The notes under the pieces: generated by a model | Database searches by the model: none | What the model was told of the DNA's origin: nothing | Seen by the model: the letters and a program-made list of their open reading frames with translations, nothing else | Part shown: in pieces, positions 38,555-51,863 of the stretch | Layout: each line of letters opens with the position of its first letter | Position numbering within the stretch: the first letter of the stretch is position 1 | Made by a program: the position numbers and the translations under genes | DNA from: Eledone cirrhosa | Lineage: Eukaryota | NCBI GenBank assembly: GCA_964016885.1 | Contig: OZ024753.1 | Coordinates: 8,990,001 to 9,054,000, forward strand | Length of the DNA: 64,000 nt | Reading direction: 5' to 3'

Positions 38555-39699
38555 TTATCAGCATGAGATCACAAATATTTGTGCATCATACAAAATATAC
38601 CACCTATTTTGCCCAAAGGTATCAGTCCATTCCTAAAAAAATAGCCTTAAATATCTAATCTATCTAATCTGGCCAAGTTTATACTCGCAAATAAGAAGAA
38701 CCAGGGCCACCCCTAGGAGCATTGGATTTGGTATGCTTCATATTTGTTTCAATTGCTGAATCAGGGGTCACTGCTTCACCTGAAGGTCATTAGTTCTCTT
38801 CTAACTCGAGTGGGAGCGCCTTTCCACTGTCAATTTGCATTAATCATCTACAAAGCTGCATTGTTCTCAGAACCACTACACCAGTCTTTCGATGCGTGCA
38901 GCTGGAACTACTGCCACCAATTGATTTGACAGGATCGCAACTCATTTCTACGGCTGAGTAAACTGGAGCAACGTAAAATAAAGTGTCTTGCTCAAGGAAA
39001 CAACACATCACCCAGTCTGAGAATCAAACTCACGACCTTTTGATTGCAAGCCCAATGCTCTAACCACTAAGCCATGTGCCTTCACGACCTTAAAGAACAA
39101 ACCTTTAAAGTTAGTAAAAGTTATAAGAAGACAATTTTATAATAACATCATTCATTTCCACTCCAAATGTACTTCTTTATTAATCTGTAGCACGCTAGAA
39201 ATTGTTATGTATTGCTTCTCTTCACACTGTATCAAGGGGAGATTATTGTGTCACAATTTGTCGCTGATAGCGTGTTAAAGGTTAATATGTGTCTTAAGAC
39301 AGAATACCATTTCTACCAACAGCCACACAGACAATACAGACCAGATATATTTATCATGTCACAAATAATAAAGCAGTTACTTCTCTGACAAGAAACTACA
39401 TATGTATCTACTTACCTGTGCAATGTTGCTCTAATGAACAAAGTGACGAACATTTGTATTACATATTTTTACCTGTTGGAAATTACTTCGTTCGGAATAC
39501 TAAAACATCCATGTTTTCTTTTTCTTTTATTTATGGTTGTTTTATTATTTTGTTGAATTATTTCATTTTTTTTTTTTCTTTTCTTCTAAATATGTGAAAA
39601 AGTCAGAAAAATGTTCGCTTTTTGATAAAAATATAAAAATTGTGAGAGAATCATTGGAATTCTGGATAAAATATCTAATATTTCATTTCATCCCTTTAA

Positions 39700-39922
39700 C
39701 CCCTTAGCATTTAAACTAACCATATCCGGCCAGAATTCTCTCTCTCCTGTTTCTGTTCAAACCGGCTCTAACCAGCCACTCATACCGACATTAAGGTATT
39801 GTTCCCAAAATAAATAATATCAGAATCTCATAGATTCGATACTATGTGAGATAATCATGTGAGATAAAGTGTTTACTGCGAAAATACAATAGTAAATATA
39901 GAGTAATGTAAATGATAAAGGA
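39700..39922 (+). mobile_element. piggyBac-like MITE family 1
   Basis: TTAA flanks, degenerate TIRs. Confidence 0.8.
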
Positions 39923-40006
39923 TTAAATTCTCTGTCCATATCCTTTAGGGGTCAATTTGTCTTTCATCCCCCTCATTTTGCTGTTTTTATCTTTTATTAT
40001 GATACT

Positions 40007-40392
40007 TGGATTGGCAGAGCGTCGGACAGCATGCTTTGTGGCATCGAACTATCGCCCTTTATGGTCTGAGTTCAAATCCCGCCGAGGTTAACTTTGCCTT
40101 TCATCCTTACGTGGTCGATAAAATAAAGTACCAGTAATGCACTGGGATAATTGCTGGCCTTGTGCCAAAAAGTAGAAACAATTATTATATTTGGTCTAGG
40201 GGTAGTGGATTGGCAGTATCAGTAGAGGGTCGGACGCCATACTTTACAGCATAGAGTTACGGCCCTTTTCATTCTGAGTTCAAATCTCGCTGAGGTTAAC
40301 TTTGCCTTTCGTCCTTATGGGGTCAATAAAATAAAGTACCAGTAATGCACTGGGATAATTGCTGGCCTTGTGCCAAAAAGTAGAAACAATTC
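40007..40392 (+). mobile_element. two tandem SINE-A copies
   Basis: SINE-A motifs repeated. Confidence 0.85.
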
Positions 40393-40705
40393 TTATATTT
40401 GTTCTCTTGGCTTTGATTGTTCTGCCAGTGTATATTGTGGAACCCTACCGTGTTATGACATTACCAATTTCTACTACTGGATGGTGTTGGTACCAGTTTT
40501 CATTGTTTCTTTTCCATAGAATTTACAAATTTTTCCATTCTGTCATGTTTGTTTTTGTTTTATTCAAATAATTGTTTCTACTATTGGCACAAGGCCAGCA
40601 ATTACTCAGTACATTACTGGTACTTTATTTTATCGACCCCGTAAGGATGAAAAGCAAGGTTAATGCTAACGTCCTACCAATGCTAGCGTGGAAGATGGAC
40701 ATTAA

Positions 40706-41294
40706 CCCTTTAGCGTTTACATTACTCTATACATACTATTGTACTTTTGTGGTAAAGGCTTTATCTCACATAATTATCTCACATAATATTAAATCTAGGG
40801 CGGGGGATTGGCAGTATCGGTAGAGGGTCGGACGCCATGCTTTCCAGCCTAGTTACGTCCCTTTACAATCTGAGTTCAAATCCCGCCGAGGTTGACTTTG
40901 CCTATGGGGTCGATAAAATAAAGTACCAGTAATGTACTGGGTAATTGCTGGCCTTGTGCCTAAAGTAGAAACAATAATATTAAATCTATGAGATTTTTTG
41001 GCAGTATCGGTAGAGAGGGTCGGATGCCATGCTTTGCAGCATAGAGTTACGGTCCTTTATGGTCTGAGTTCAAATCCCTCTGAGGTTAGCTTTGCCTTTC
41101 ATCCTTAAGGGGTCAATAAAATAAAGTACCAGTAATGCACTGGGATAATTGCTGGCTTTGTGCCAAAAGAAGAATCAATTATTTATTTTCAGAACAATAC
41201 CTTAACATCAGTATGGGCGGCTTGATACAGCCAGTTTGAACAGAAAGAAGTGAGATAATGCTGGCTGGATATGGCCGGTTTAAATGCTAAAGGG
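40706..41294 (-). mobile_element. piggyBac-like MITE family 1 carrying two SINE-A insertions
   Basis: SINE-A 40798-40973 flanked by 15-bp TSD ATAATATTAAATCTA; second SINE-A 40998-41180; MITE parts rejoin. Confidence 0.8.
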
Positions 41295-41388
41295 TTTAAC
41301 AATGATGATGATGGTGTAGGCAAATATAAGGTAACCCACTGTTTCAGTATTTTTTTCACAATATATTTGCCTAATAATTGTATATATA

Positions 41389-41997
41389 CTAGATCACCCG
41401 TGACCCGTTGGGTCACATTCACTTCAAAATATTTTTTTAATATCATGTTCACTAAAAAATAATTTTTAAATAATTAAAATATACACTGACATGTTATAAT
41501 GTGAAATGAAACTGGAAGGCCCATATATATACGTGTGTGTATGTATATATATATATAAATGTATGTGTGTGTATACATATATGTGTGTGTATGTATATGT
41601 GGGTGTCTGTGATCTATATACACTGGTGATAGACAAACACACACATACACACATATATATATACACATACACTCACATATATATATACGCAACAACACCA
41701 TCAGCTCTCTCTCTCTTCTATTCTCCTTCTCTGTCTCCTCTCCCTCTCTCTGTCTCTTTTTCCAGCTACTCTCTCACAAACAAACACTATCTCTCTCTCT
41801 CCGTTTATGAAGGCACCCCAAAAAACCCATATCTCAGGAACCCATGCTCTGATTTACGCGAAACTTGTATTATTCCATTTGTATTCCCATTTCAGAGTCA
41901 ACTTCCTTTCAAAGTATTTTCCCATTATGCACCCTTTTGGTTGTATTACATTACAGACAAGCAAGCAAGCAATCACAGAGTTTTAGTAGTATATAGA
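41389..41997 (-). mobile_element. non-autonomous Helitron
   Basis: Minus strand A|TCTATATACT... ...GTGACCC AAC GGGTCAC GGGTGAT CTAG|T: 5' TC, subterminal hairpin, 3' CTAG, A/T target. Confidence 0.85.
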
Positions 41998-42159
41998 TGG
42001 ATGGAATTGATCTTGTGCAGCCAGTATGAAACCTGTTTGTGCTCTCAGTCCTGAACTGTGTAACCCTTGATGAGTCTAAGTTTTGTTTATATCAGCTTGC
42101 ATAGTTCAGGTCAAGTACTGGCCATGTAGAGGTTTATCTTGCCATTTTGTCTTCATGAA

Positions 42160-42370
42160 GGCATGTGGCTGAGTGGTTAGAGAATTGGATTCACAATCTT
42201 GAGGTTGTGAGTTCAATTCCTGGACCGGGCGATGCATTATGTCCTTGAGCAAGACACTTTATTTCACATTGCTCCTTCTACCTGGAGTTGCGACTGATAG
42301 ATAGTACTAGCAACTGGAAAGACCAATGGGAACATTGTTTCCTCGGCCCGATTTGACGAAAGTCGATCAA
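42160..42370 (+). mobile_element. SINE variant C
   Basis: As 17182-17410. Confidence 0.8.
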
Positions 42371-42375
42371 TCCTT

Positions 42376-42670
42376 TTGTCTTCATCTATTGAAGGGTTGT
42401 TTCCTTTGTTCTTATTTTTGTGGGCTTTGCTGTCAGTGTTGCTGGCAGAAGAGTTCCTTTGTTCTTATTTTTGTGGGCTTTGCTGTCAGTGTTGCTGGCA
42501 GAAGAGTTCCATATGTCACAGCGTTGCTCAGATTTATTTTCTGTTTATACTGAATGCTTTCTTTTATCACGGAGTAAAGTGTTTTGCTTGTTTCATGTTG
42601 TTTTCCTGCCTGCATCATCCAATCTTTGTTTGCTTCAAGATATTTGGTGCAAGTCCTTTATTGTTGTCTT
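42376..42670 (-). pseudogene. possible R4/Dong-clade fragment (post-RT region) with about 53-bp local duplication
   Basis: DWMMQAGKQHETSKTLYSVIKESIQYKQKINL resembles the R4 post-RT segment; abuts (AAT/AAC)n. Confidence 0.4.
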
Positions 42671-43307
42671 GTAAGTCACTATTATTATTGTTGTTATTGT
42701 TACTGTTGTTATTTGTTGCCAACCAACCTTTGAAGATGTTCTTTTGTTTAATGCTCTTAACAGCTCTGAAAATTCTGGCTAATTTTACCGTTTACAAAGC
42801 GAATGAAAAACATTTTTCTTCACTTGGATTAACACTAAAAATGTTCACAATGATTGGAGAAGGTGGTTGCTTTCTGATATTTTCTTTTTTACTTTCCTCT
42901 TTGGAGATTTTGTAAACAATGGTGTCCACAACAACAACAGGAGTATATGGCCCCCAGAACACAGAAAAAAATACAAACAAAAAAAAAGAAAAACAATCAA
43001 AAAGCAGACACAAAAATAAATGGGAAAAAAAAAATCTTCTTCTTTGTCACATCACGACACACATGAGAAAAAATGTTGACAAATTGAAATTAAAAAAATA
43101 AGCGACTTTATTCTAAACAACAGCAGCATGTACACACAAGTCTCATTGAGGGAAAATGCTGTCACATCAGAAATTTCTTGCTTGCCTTCATTTTCTAGTG
43201 TTATTAGTAACATAAATAAGTTTTGGGATTGAAGATTTTGCTCAAATGGGGTCAGTATGGCAAAGTTTTGAAACCATGAAGCTTCTACAAGTATCAGCTG
43301 AAAAAAT

Positions 43308-43635
43308 AAGCTGACCAAGATACTCTCATGGAATGACCAAATGACGTTTATTTTTCAACATAGTCCCTGGAAAGAAACAATGTAGTTATTGATAAGAAGA
43401 GTTGAAATTCATATATGCAAGATTTCACAGCCCTAGCATCATTTCTTCATAAGCTGACCAAGATACTCTCATGGAATGAGCAAATGAGGTTTATTTTTCA
43501 ACATAAGAAACAATGCAGTTATTAATAAGAAGAGTTGAAATTAATACATGCAAGATTTCACAGCTCTAACATCCCTTCTTCTTAGGCTGACTAAGATACT
43601 CTCATAGAATGACCAAATGAAGTTTATTTTTCTAC
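43308..43635. repeat. about 135-145-bp tandem repeat, about 2.4 copies
   Basis: AAGCTGACCAAGATACTCTCATGGAATGA at 43308, 43451, 43584. Confidence 0.85.
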
Positions 43636-43721
43636 ATAAAGCGTCGCACAACCTGCTTTGCAGCATATTGTTGAGGCCCTCTACATTCTGATTTCAAATC
43701 CCACCAAGGTTAGCTTTGCCT

Positions 43722-44290
43722 TTAGAGGGCCGGACGCCATACTTTACAGCAAAGAGCTACGGCCCTTTATGATCTGAGTTCAAATTCTGCCGAGGTTAAC
43801 TTTGCCTTTCATCCTTACAGGGTCGATAAAATAAAGTACCAGTCACACACTGGGGTTGATTTAATCGTCTGTCCCCTAGCCTAAAATTTCTGGCCTTGTG
43901 CCTATATAAGAAACCATTATTATAGGTGGATTGGCAGTATCGGTAGAGAGTCGGACGCCATGCTTTGCAGCAAAGAGTTACGGCCCTTTCCATTCTGAGT
44001 TCAAATCCCGCCGAGGTTAACTTTGCCTTTCATCCTTACGGGGGTCGATAAAATAAAGTACCAGTAATGCACTGGGATAATTGCTGGCCTTGTGCCAAAA
44101 GTAGAAACATTTATTATTATTTTTATTATTAATGATGATGTGGATTGGCAGTATCGGATGCCATGCTTTGCAGCATAGTTACATCCCTTTACTGACTGAG
44201 TTCAAATCCCATCCTTACGGGGTCGATAAAATAAAGTACCAGTAATACACTGGGTAATTGCTGGCCTTGTGCCAAAAGTAGAAACAAATA
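43722..44290 (+). mobile_element. three tandem SINE-A copies
   Basis: SINE-A motifs with ATT spacers. Confidence 0.85.
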
Positions 44291-44554
44291 TTACAATTTT
44301 TATTATTAATATTATATTCACTGTCCTCAACTTTTAAAAAAAATTTTTTTTATTTATCTCTATTTCTATTTTACTAAAAATATTTGTTTTTTTTTTTGTT
44401 TTATTTATTTATTTTGTTTTTCTTTTAGTTTATTTTTTTTTGTTTTTTTTTTGTTTTTCTATTTCATTCTTTTGACAGAATTGTGTCAAGAGAATTTCAA
44501 GATTTTTCAATATTTATCTGTTTACCTCTTTCAAGAAAGAATACTAAAAGATCA

Positions 44555-45910
44555 ATATCAACTACTACTAGTAGTACTAGTAGTACTACTGCTACTACTA
44601 CTGCTACTACTACTGCTACTACTACTACTACTGCTACTACTACTGCTACTACTACAATTGCTACTACTACAACTACTACTACTACTACAACTGCTACTAA
44701 AACTACTACTACTACTATTGTTGCTACTACTACAGCAGCAGTGACTAACACAACAGCAACAACAACAACAATAACAACCACAACAATAAACACATCTACC
44801 ATAACAACAACAACGACGACAACAACGACGACAACAATAACAACAAATACATCAATAACAACTATAACATGAAATAATTTTTGGTAAAAAAAATAAAATG
44901 GAATTATTTCTTGACAATATTCATATATTTATTTATATTATTTTCGCTTTTGTGTTGTATTTGTTTTGTTTTTGTGTTGTTGTCATATTTATTTTGTTTT
45001 GTTTTTGTGTTTGTTGTTGTTGTTGTCATATTTATTTTATTTTGTTTTTGTGTTGTTATATTTATTTTATTTTTATTGTTGTTGTTGTCATATTTATTTT
45101 ATTTTGTTTTTGTATTGTTATATTTATTTTAGTTTTATTGTTGTTGTTGTCATATTTATTTTATTTTGTTTTTGTGTTGTTATATTTATTTTGTTTTGTT
45201 TTTGTGTTTGTTGTTGTTATGTTTTTATTTTGTCAGCCATTTTGTAAAATGGTGGCCATCCTTTGTTTCGTTCTTCCATTGTTCTCTTGAAATTATTCTT
45301 TGTTGTTCAGATTCTTGGAGAGTTTTGTTTCCCTTTCTTTAAATTTAAGTCAAAAAGTTAAGTAATGATGCCAGCTGTTGATGACTAATGCACAAGAGTG
45401 TACTAGAGTAGTAGTAGTAGTAGTAGTAGAGGTAGTGGTGGTAGTGGTAGTGGTGGTGGTGGTGGTTGTAGCAGTAGTGGTGGTGTTAGTAGTAGTGATG
45501 GTGGTGGCGGTGGTAGTGGTGGTTGTGGCGGTGGTGGTGTTGGTAGTAGTAGAGGTGGTGGTAGTGGTGGTTGTGGTGGTGGTGGTAGTAGTAGAGGTGA
45601 TGGTAGTGGTGGTGGTGATGGCAGTGGTTGTGGTAGTAGTTGTGGCGGTGGTGGTGGTTGTGGCAGTGGTGGTGGTGTTGATGATGGTAGTGGTGGCAGT
45701 GGTAGTGATAGTAGAAGCGGTAGTAGTGGGAGTGGTGGTGGTGATAGCGGTGGCGGTGGTGGTTGTAGTGGTGGTTGTGGTGATGGTTGTAGTAGTAGAG
45801 GTGGTGGTGGTGGCGGTGGCGGTGGTGGTGGCGATTCTGGTGGTTGTAGTTGTGGCGGTTACGGTGGTGTTAGTGGTGGTGGTGGTGGTGGTAGTGGCAG
45901 TGGTTGTAGT
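44555..45910. repeat. low-complexity triplet tracts (ACT/ACA)n, (TTG/TTA)-rich and (GTG/GTA)n
   Basis: Direct reading; produce poly-T, poly-V and poly-L ORFs. Confidence 0.9.
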
Positions 45911-46696
45911 TTTAATACTAATAATTTTTTCTACTTTTGGCACAAGGCCAGCAATTACCCCAGTGCATTACTGGTACTTTATTTTATAGACCCCCGTAAG
46001 GATGAAAGGCAAAGTTAACCTCGGCGGTTAATAGTGGTGGTGATGGTGGTGGGAGTGGCGGTGGTGTTGATGATGGTGGTGGTTGTTATAGCGGTGGCAG
46101 TGGTGTTAATAGTGGTAGTAGTGGTTGTGATGGTTGTGATAGTGTTTTCGCTTGTAGTGTAATATATCTAGTATTCACTTTAAGTTCAGGTGTGAATAAT
46201 TACAAAGGATGTGACAGTGTGAGAGATGTAATGATAGAATACCTTTGGAATGAACAAAGAGGATGCTTGTACATCAAAAGCTTTGAAAAAAATACTTCCA
46301 GCAGAGATGACAGGTGATATTGTGTGAAAGAGAATAACTATCGCTGAAGGGATAAACTAAGAGAGATTGTTCGAAGAAGGAAACAGATTGCCGAACTTAA
46401 GATGAAGATCGTGTAGAATAAATGTAGGAAACAGGAACACATGAAGGCAGGTTTCATGGCTGTTATCATTAGCCCATCCCAGCATGGAAAAACTAATTTT
46501 AAAGCATTCTATAACTACCACTGTACTTCTGCAGCTACTATAGCTACTATAGCTACTCGAGTTAATGTGTGTAAGTTGAAAGACAGGAATTTCTCATTTC
46601 GGAAGTATCAACTCTACCTATATTATTCCATTGAAAACTCAATAGTTGATTGTCAACAGAATCTATTTATGCTATATTTGTAATTTATAATGTGTG

Positions 46697-46727
<31 letters not shown>

Positions 46728-46868
46728 AGGAGGTGAGTTTTATTGTAGTACAATAAAGCAATGCAGATATCGGATAAGAAGCACTCTACAGTTTGTAGGA
46801 CTGGAGTATACATAATATATAAGATCAAAAGATGGTTAAATGGAACTCATTTAACCATCTTTTGATCT

Positions 46869-46900
<32 letters not shown>

Positions 46901-47102
46901 TGTATGTATAACAATGTTAGTGAGTAAAATCGAAGTTGTAGCTACGAAAGAACAATCCTCAGAATATATATATATCATCATCATCATCATATATATATAG
47001 ACGTGTGTGTGTGTATATATATATAGACGTGTGTGTGTGTATATATTTAGACGTGTGTGTGTGTATATATATATATAGACATGTACATATATATAGGCAT
47101 GT

Positions 47103-47434
47103 GGAGGCACATGGCTTAGTGGTTAGAGCCTTGCAATCGAAAGGTTGTGAGTTCAATTCTCAGACCGGGTGATGTGTTGTTTCCTTGAGCAAGACACATT
47201 ATTTCACATTGCTCCAGTTTACTCAGCTGTAGAAATGGGATGATAGGGACTGGGGTCCCTATCATTGCACTGCAAAGTGGTCGTGGAGGTGCCACGGTAA
47301 TAAAGCACCCAGCACTCACTGTAAATGAGGTTGGCGTTAGGAAGGGCATCCAGCTGTAGAAATCAAGCCAGAATCAGTTCCCGTCCCACCCTTGCAAGCA
47401 GGGAAAAGCGGACGTAAAATGATGATGATGATGA
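47103..47434 (+). mobile_element. SINE-B flanked by about 200-bp direct duplication
   Basis: 46895-47102 repeated at 47436-47640. Confidence 0.85.
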
Positions 47435-47547
47435 TATATATATACATGTATGTATAACAATATTAGTGAGTAAAATTGAAGTTGTAGCTACGAAAGAACA
47501 ATCCTCAGAATATATATCATCATCATCATCATCATCATATATATAGA

Positions 47548-47581
<34 letters not shown>

Positions 47582-47691
47582 GACGTGTGTGTGTGTGTAT
47601 ATATATATATATAGACATGTACATATATATAGACATGTGTGTATATATATATATATATATGACATGTATATATATATATATTATATAGAGA

Positions 47692-49868
47692 GTGAATGAC
47701 AGAATAATTAAAATAAGACTTGTCCTCAATAGAACTATAATATCCGCATATGCACCCCAATCCATACAGCCTGGCATTATAAAAGTCAGATTCTATGAGT
47801 CGCTAATGCAGACTACCTCCCAAATAACCAACAGTGACTACATAATTATTGCTGACGACCTAAATGGTCACACTGGACAACTTTGTGACGGCTATGATGG
47901 AATCTATGGAAGCAATGGGTTTGGTACTAGAAATGAGGAAGGTTCCAGAATCCTGGAATTCTGTGATGCAAATAACCTAACTATCTGTAACACAAACTTC
48001 AAAAAACGAGACAATCACTTGATCACCTATAGATCAGGGGAACACGCCAGTCAGATAGATTATATCCTTACCAGAAGACGTGACAGAGTGTCTGTTGTAA
48101 ACACTAAATCCCTCCCCCCATAAAGAATGCACCTCCCAACATAGCCTCATAGTTAGCGACCGCATAGTCAGGACGAGACGTACTCGACAACACAAGAGGA
48201 CTACCCAAAGGAGAAGAATATGGAAGTTAAAGGACCCCACAGCCAGTAATAAATTTAAGAGCATATTACTTGATGCTTTTGACAGTAAGGAAGAGCAATT
48301 AGAGTCGTACAATATAGAGGAACAGTGGGCATTCCTGAAAGCTAACCTGCTGAAGGCGACAGATGAAATATGTGGCTGGAGCAGACCTATAGGCAGGAGG
48401 AGAGTAACTTGTGGTGAAACAGTAAGGTGGAGGAGTCAATCAAGGCCAAAAAGCAGGCTTGGAAAGTATGGCGGAATCGGGGAAGTAGAGAAGACTATCA
48501 AGTGGCCAGGAGGGAAGCTAGGAGACAAGTGTACTTCGCAAGAAGGGAAGCAGAGGAAAGAAAGTTCAAGCATGTTCTACAATGCGAGGACCAAACACGT
48601 GAGGTGTTCAGGATTGCTAGGCAATGTGTCAAGGAAAACCATGATATTGTCGGGGAGAAGTGTGTCCGTAATGATGAGGGTGTACTTGCCATCACTGACG
48701 CTGATAAGAAGGTAGCTTGGAAGTGTCACTACGAGAGGCTACTAAATGAGGAGAATAAATGGGACAAAGACAGTTTGCTCCACATCGATCCAATAGAGGA
48801 ACCAGCAGTGCAAGTTGAAGGTAGTATAATAAGTAAGGCAATCAAAGATATGAAGACAGGCAAGGCAACTGGGCCTTCGGAGATAGTTGCTCAAATGCTG
48901 AAAGCATCTGGAACGGTGGGACACACTATGGTCATACCAAAGGACTGGCGTAGCAGCATCATCATTAACTGCTACAAGGGTAAAGGAGATGCCCTAGATA
49001 GGGGAAACTATAGAGGCATTAAATTAATTGACCAGGTCATGAAGGTCACAGAAAAAGTTATAGCGCAACTAATCAGAGAGCGAATTGATCTAGATGAAAT
49101 GCAGTTTGGGTTTGGGTCAGGTAAAAGTACCACAGACGCTCTTTTCCAAGTTCGACAACTACAAGAGAAGTACCTAGCTAAGCGTAAACCCCTATACTAA
49201 CTTTTGTTGACTTGGAAAAAGCCCTGACAGAGTTCCCCACTCCATTATCTGGTGGGCTCTCAGAAAACTAGGTGTTGATGAATGGCTTGTTAGAGCTATA
49301 CAAGCCATGTATAAAGAAACATTCAGCAAGGTTAGAATTAACAACGAATATAGTAAAGAGTTTAGCGTAAAAGTTGGTGTTCATCAGGGCTCTGTTCTTA
49401 GCGCTCTCCTATTTATTATTGCCCTTCAGGCTATAACAGAAGAGCTCAAGACGGGCTGCCCAAGGGAACTTCTATACGCAGATGATCTAACGCTCATAGC
49501 TGAATCAATGGCTGAACTAGAGAAGAAATTCCAAACATGGAAGCATGGCCTAGAATCAAAAGGCCTTAAAATTAACTTGTCTACGACTAAAGTTCTAGTA
49601 TGTAGGAAGGAAAATAAGGCACTGGTCCCCTCTGGGAAATGGCCATGCTCAGTGTGTAGGAAAGGAGTAAGCAGAAACTCCATTTTATGTCGAAAATGCA
49701 CAGTATGGGTGCATAAAAGATGTAGTGGGATCACAGGTAAGCTAACTAAGAACATAGATTTTATATGTGGCCGGTGCTCAGGTGCAATAAGTAGTAGCAA
49801 GTGCCCACAGGATACTAGCTCCTTCCATTGCTCAGATGGTTCTATAGAAATAGTGGACACCTTCTGTT
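47692..49868 (+). pseudogene. RTE-clade LINE 5' part: APE endonuclease plus RT plus PHD-like finger, with stops/frameshifts
   Basis: ISAYAPQ, DLNGH, RNEEG, SQIDYIL; KGKGD..RGNYRGIKL, QFGF..G.STTDA, VGVHQGSVLS, LLYADDL. Confidence 0.95.
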
Positions 49869-50538
49869 GTCTGGCATATTCGTATAGTACTATACGAACA
49901 TGCCAGACTACAACACGACAGTAAATAGACAACATAGAAATTAGAATAATATCTAAACATAGAAATGACCCAGCAGATAGGCAAATCAGAGAGGCCAGCG
50001 AAATAGAACTTAGAAGGCCAAGGCTAAACAGAAAAAAATGAATGGAATAACAACAACACCATAAATAAATAAATAAATACATACACAAGCCCAATAACAA
50101 CAAACACATATAAACACACACTAGTAAACTAAGATAGAATACAATAACCAATACACAGTCACCCAAACACGAACACACATCAAACAAAACACTATACACA
50201 CACGCAAATGCATGCGCAGAGAAGCCAAAAAAATAAAAAATAAATAAACAAACTAAATAAAGATGGCGTAGGCATACAATACAACGGGAGGAAACATAAT
50301 AGCACCACTGACGATGTTGCAGATGTGCAACGAAAGAACTTTGTTAGACTATATATATGTGTTTCTGTCTATATTGTATCTGTATTTTTGACCGTTGGTC
50401 AGTCAATGGCAACATTGAGGACCGAATAAATTAAATTACCCGATATAAAAGACACAGAAGCGAAAACCAACCAAATAGTGAGTGTGTTCTGTTATTATTT
50501 CTTGCAATATTATAACAAATATGACCCTCCCCAAGTAT

Positions 50539-50545
<7 letters not shown>
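49869..50545 (+). mobile_element. Penelope-like element 3' fragment: GIY-YIG C-terminus plus pLTR, with palindromic 5' junction
   Basis: VLYEHARLQHDSK/IDNIEIRIISKHRNDPADRQIREASEIELRRPRLNRK (one frameshift); palindrome GTCTGGCAT.TTCGTATAGT/ACTATACGAA.ATGCCAGAC. Confidence 0.75.
50304..50345 (+). ncRNA. minimal hammerhead-like motif in the Penelope pLTR (stem I imperfect)
   Basis: ACCA CTGACGA T GTTGCA GATG TGCAAC GAAA GAAC TT TGTT. Confidence 0.55.
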
Positions 50546-50569
<24 letters not shown>

Positions 50570-50610
50570 ATATTAATAAATGGAAACTATCTTTATAAAA
50601 CCAAATTTAT

Positions 50611-50666
50611 TTTATTATATATATTTCAAGGGTACCAAAATTTTGGTATGCTCTCATCAAATAAAT
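50611..50666 (-). ncRNA. decayed hammerhead (C3 to U), same family as 55882-55938
   Basis: Minus: TTTAT TTGATGA GAGCATACCA loop TGGTACCCTT GAAA TATATA TA ATAAA. Confidence 0.65.
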
Positions 50667-51711
50667 ACAAAAGTTGTTTTACAGATAGTGACATATCCCA
50701 AAACAAGAACTTATCGTTTTAAGTTCAGTTTGAATATCAAATCTTTGGATGAATATGTTAATGAGGATAATGTTAAAATTGAAAAAGATTGTTATATTTC
50801 GACGGTAGGTAAATTAAAATAATTATTAGGATTATTTTTTAAGGGAAGAGGAAAAAAGAGGTTAATATTAGGGTAGAAGAAATTAAGAAAAGAATATAAG
50901 AAAAAAGTATATTAGAGTTAGAAATATATTATTTATATTAATATATGTATATAAATTGTATGGAACCTATTTGAGAGGTTGTAGAGAAAGTGAAATAATT
51001 ATATTTGATTATGTATTTTGGGAGTATCTATAATATAATGTGTGAATTATAACTGTTAAAGTGGGAGAATATTAATTTAAAAAGTGAGAGATATATTGTA
51101 TTTATATATGTAATTTGGTCAATTCTAATGGTGTGTTTTAATACTATAGAGATAATATTTATAAGTATATGTTATGAAGATTAGAGTTGAAAGTATATTT
51201 TATTTTATTAGGTTATTTATATATAAATAATTTTGGTGAGTATATATGTTGTTTTTATTAATAGATAGATAATTTAACTATTTTTTATATGTGAATAGTT
51301 ACGATGAATTTTTGTTTACATTTAATATATGTTTTAAGAAAACAGGAAGTAGTTTTATTTTATTATAGATTATTTTGTACATTCAATAGTTGCATCAAGA
51401 TAGGAATAAATTTACGAAATTATAGAAAATGTTCATATTTATGTAAGATAGGCACGTGTGTGCGTTTTTGTGTGGTATGGATATGTGGGAATGTATGGTT
51501 GCGTTTGTGCCAAAATAGTGTGAGTGTTTGTGTGTGCTCCTGAATGTTTTCCCGGTGAGTGTGTGGACAGATGGTGAAAAAATTCCGGTATAAAAAAGGT
51601 GGATGTCTAGAGTGTGTGAGCAGTGGTGTAGGATCTGTGGAATGGTGCGGAGAAAGTTGTGGGTTGCGAGTGCAACAGGAAGTGGTCAAGAAGGTCAAGG
51701 CAGGCAGTGGA

Positions 51712-51760
<49 letters not shown>

Positions 51761-51816
51761 AATGTAAGTATGTATGTATACGTACATACATATATGTATA
51801 CAGACGTACAGTAGCA

Positions 51817-51861
<45 letters not shown>

Positions 51862-51863
<2 letters not shown>

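Noticed and set aside
39413-39475. Possible minus-strand exon ending CAG/GTAAGT
   Set aside because: Stops in all three frames from the putative acceptor; isolated splice-like motifs are common
44478-45989. Mucin-like Thr-rich ORFs and a good-looking acceptor at 44477
   Set aside because: Low-complexity triplet tracts typical of this genome; no supporting exon chain seen
46905-46965. CTGAGGA on the minus strand in the duplicated block
   Set aside because: No GAAA after the putative stem II
50670-51700. Possible highly decayed Penelope endonuclease upstream of the minus-strand hammerhead at 50611
   Set aside because: Only vague motif resemblance with stops; needs a profile search
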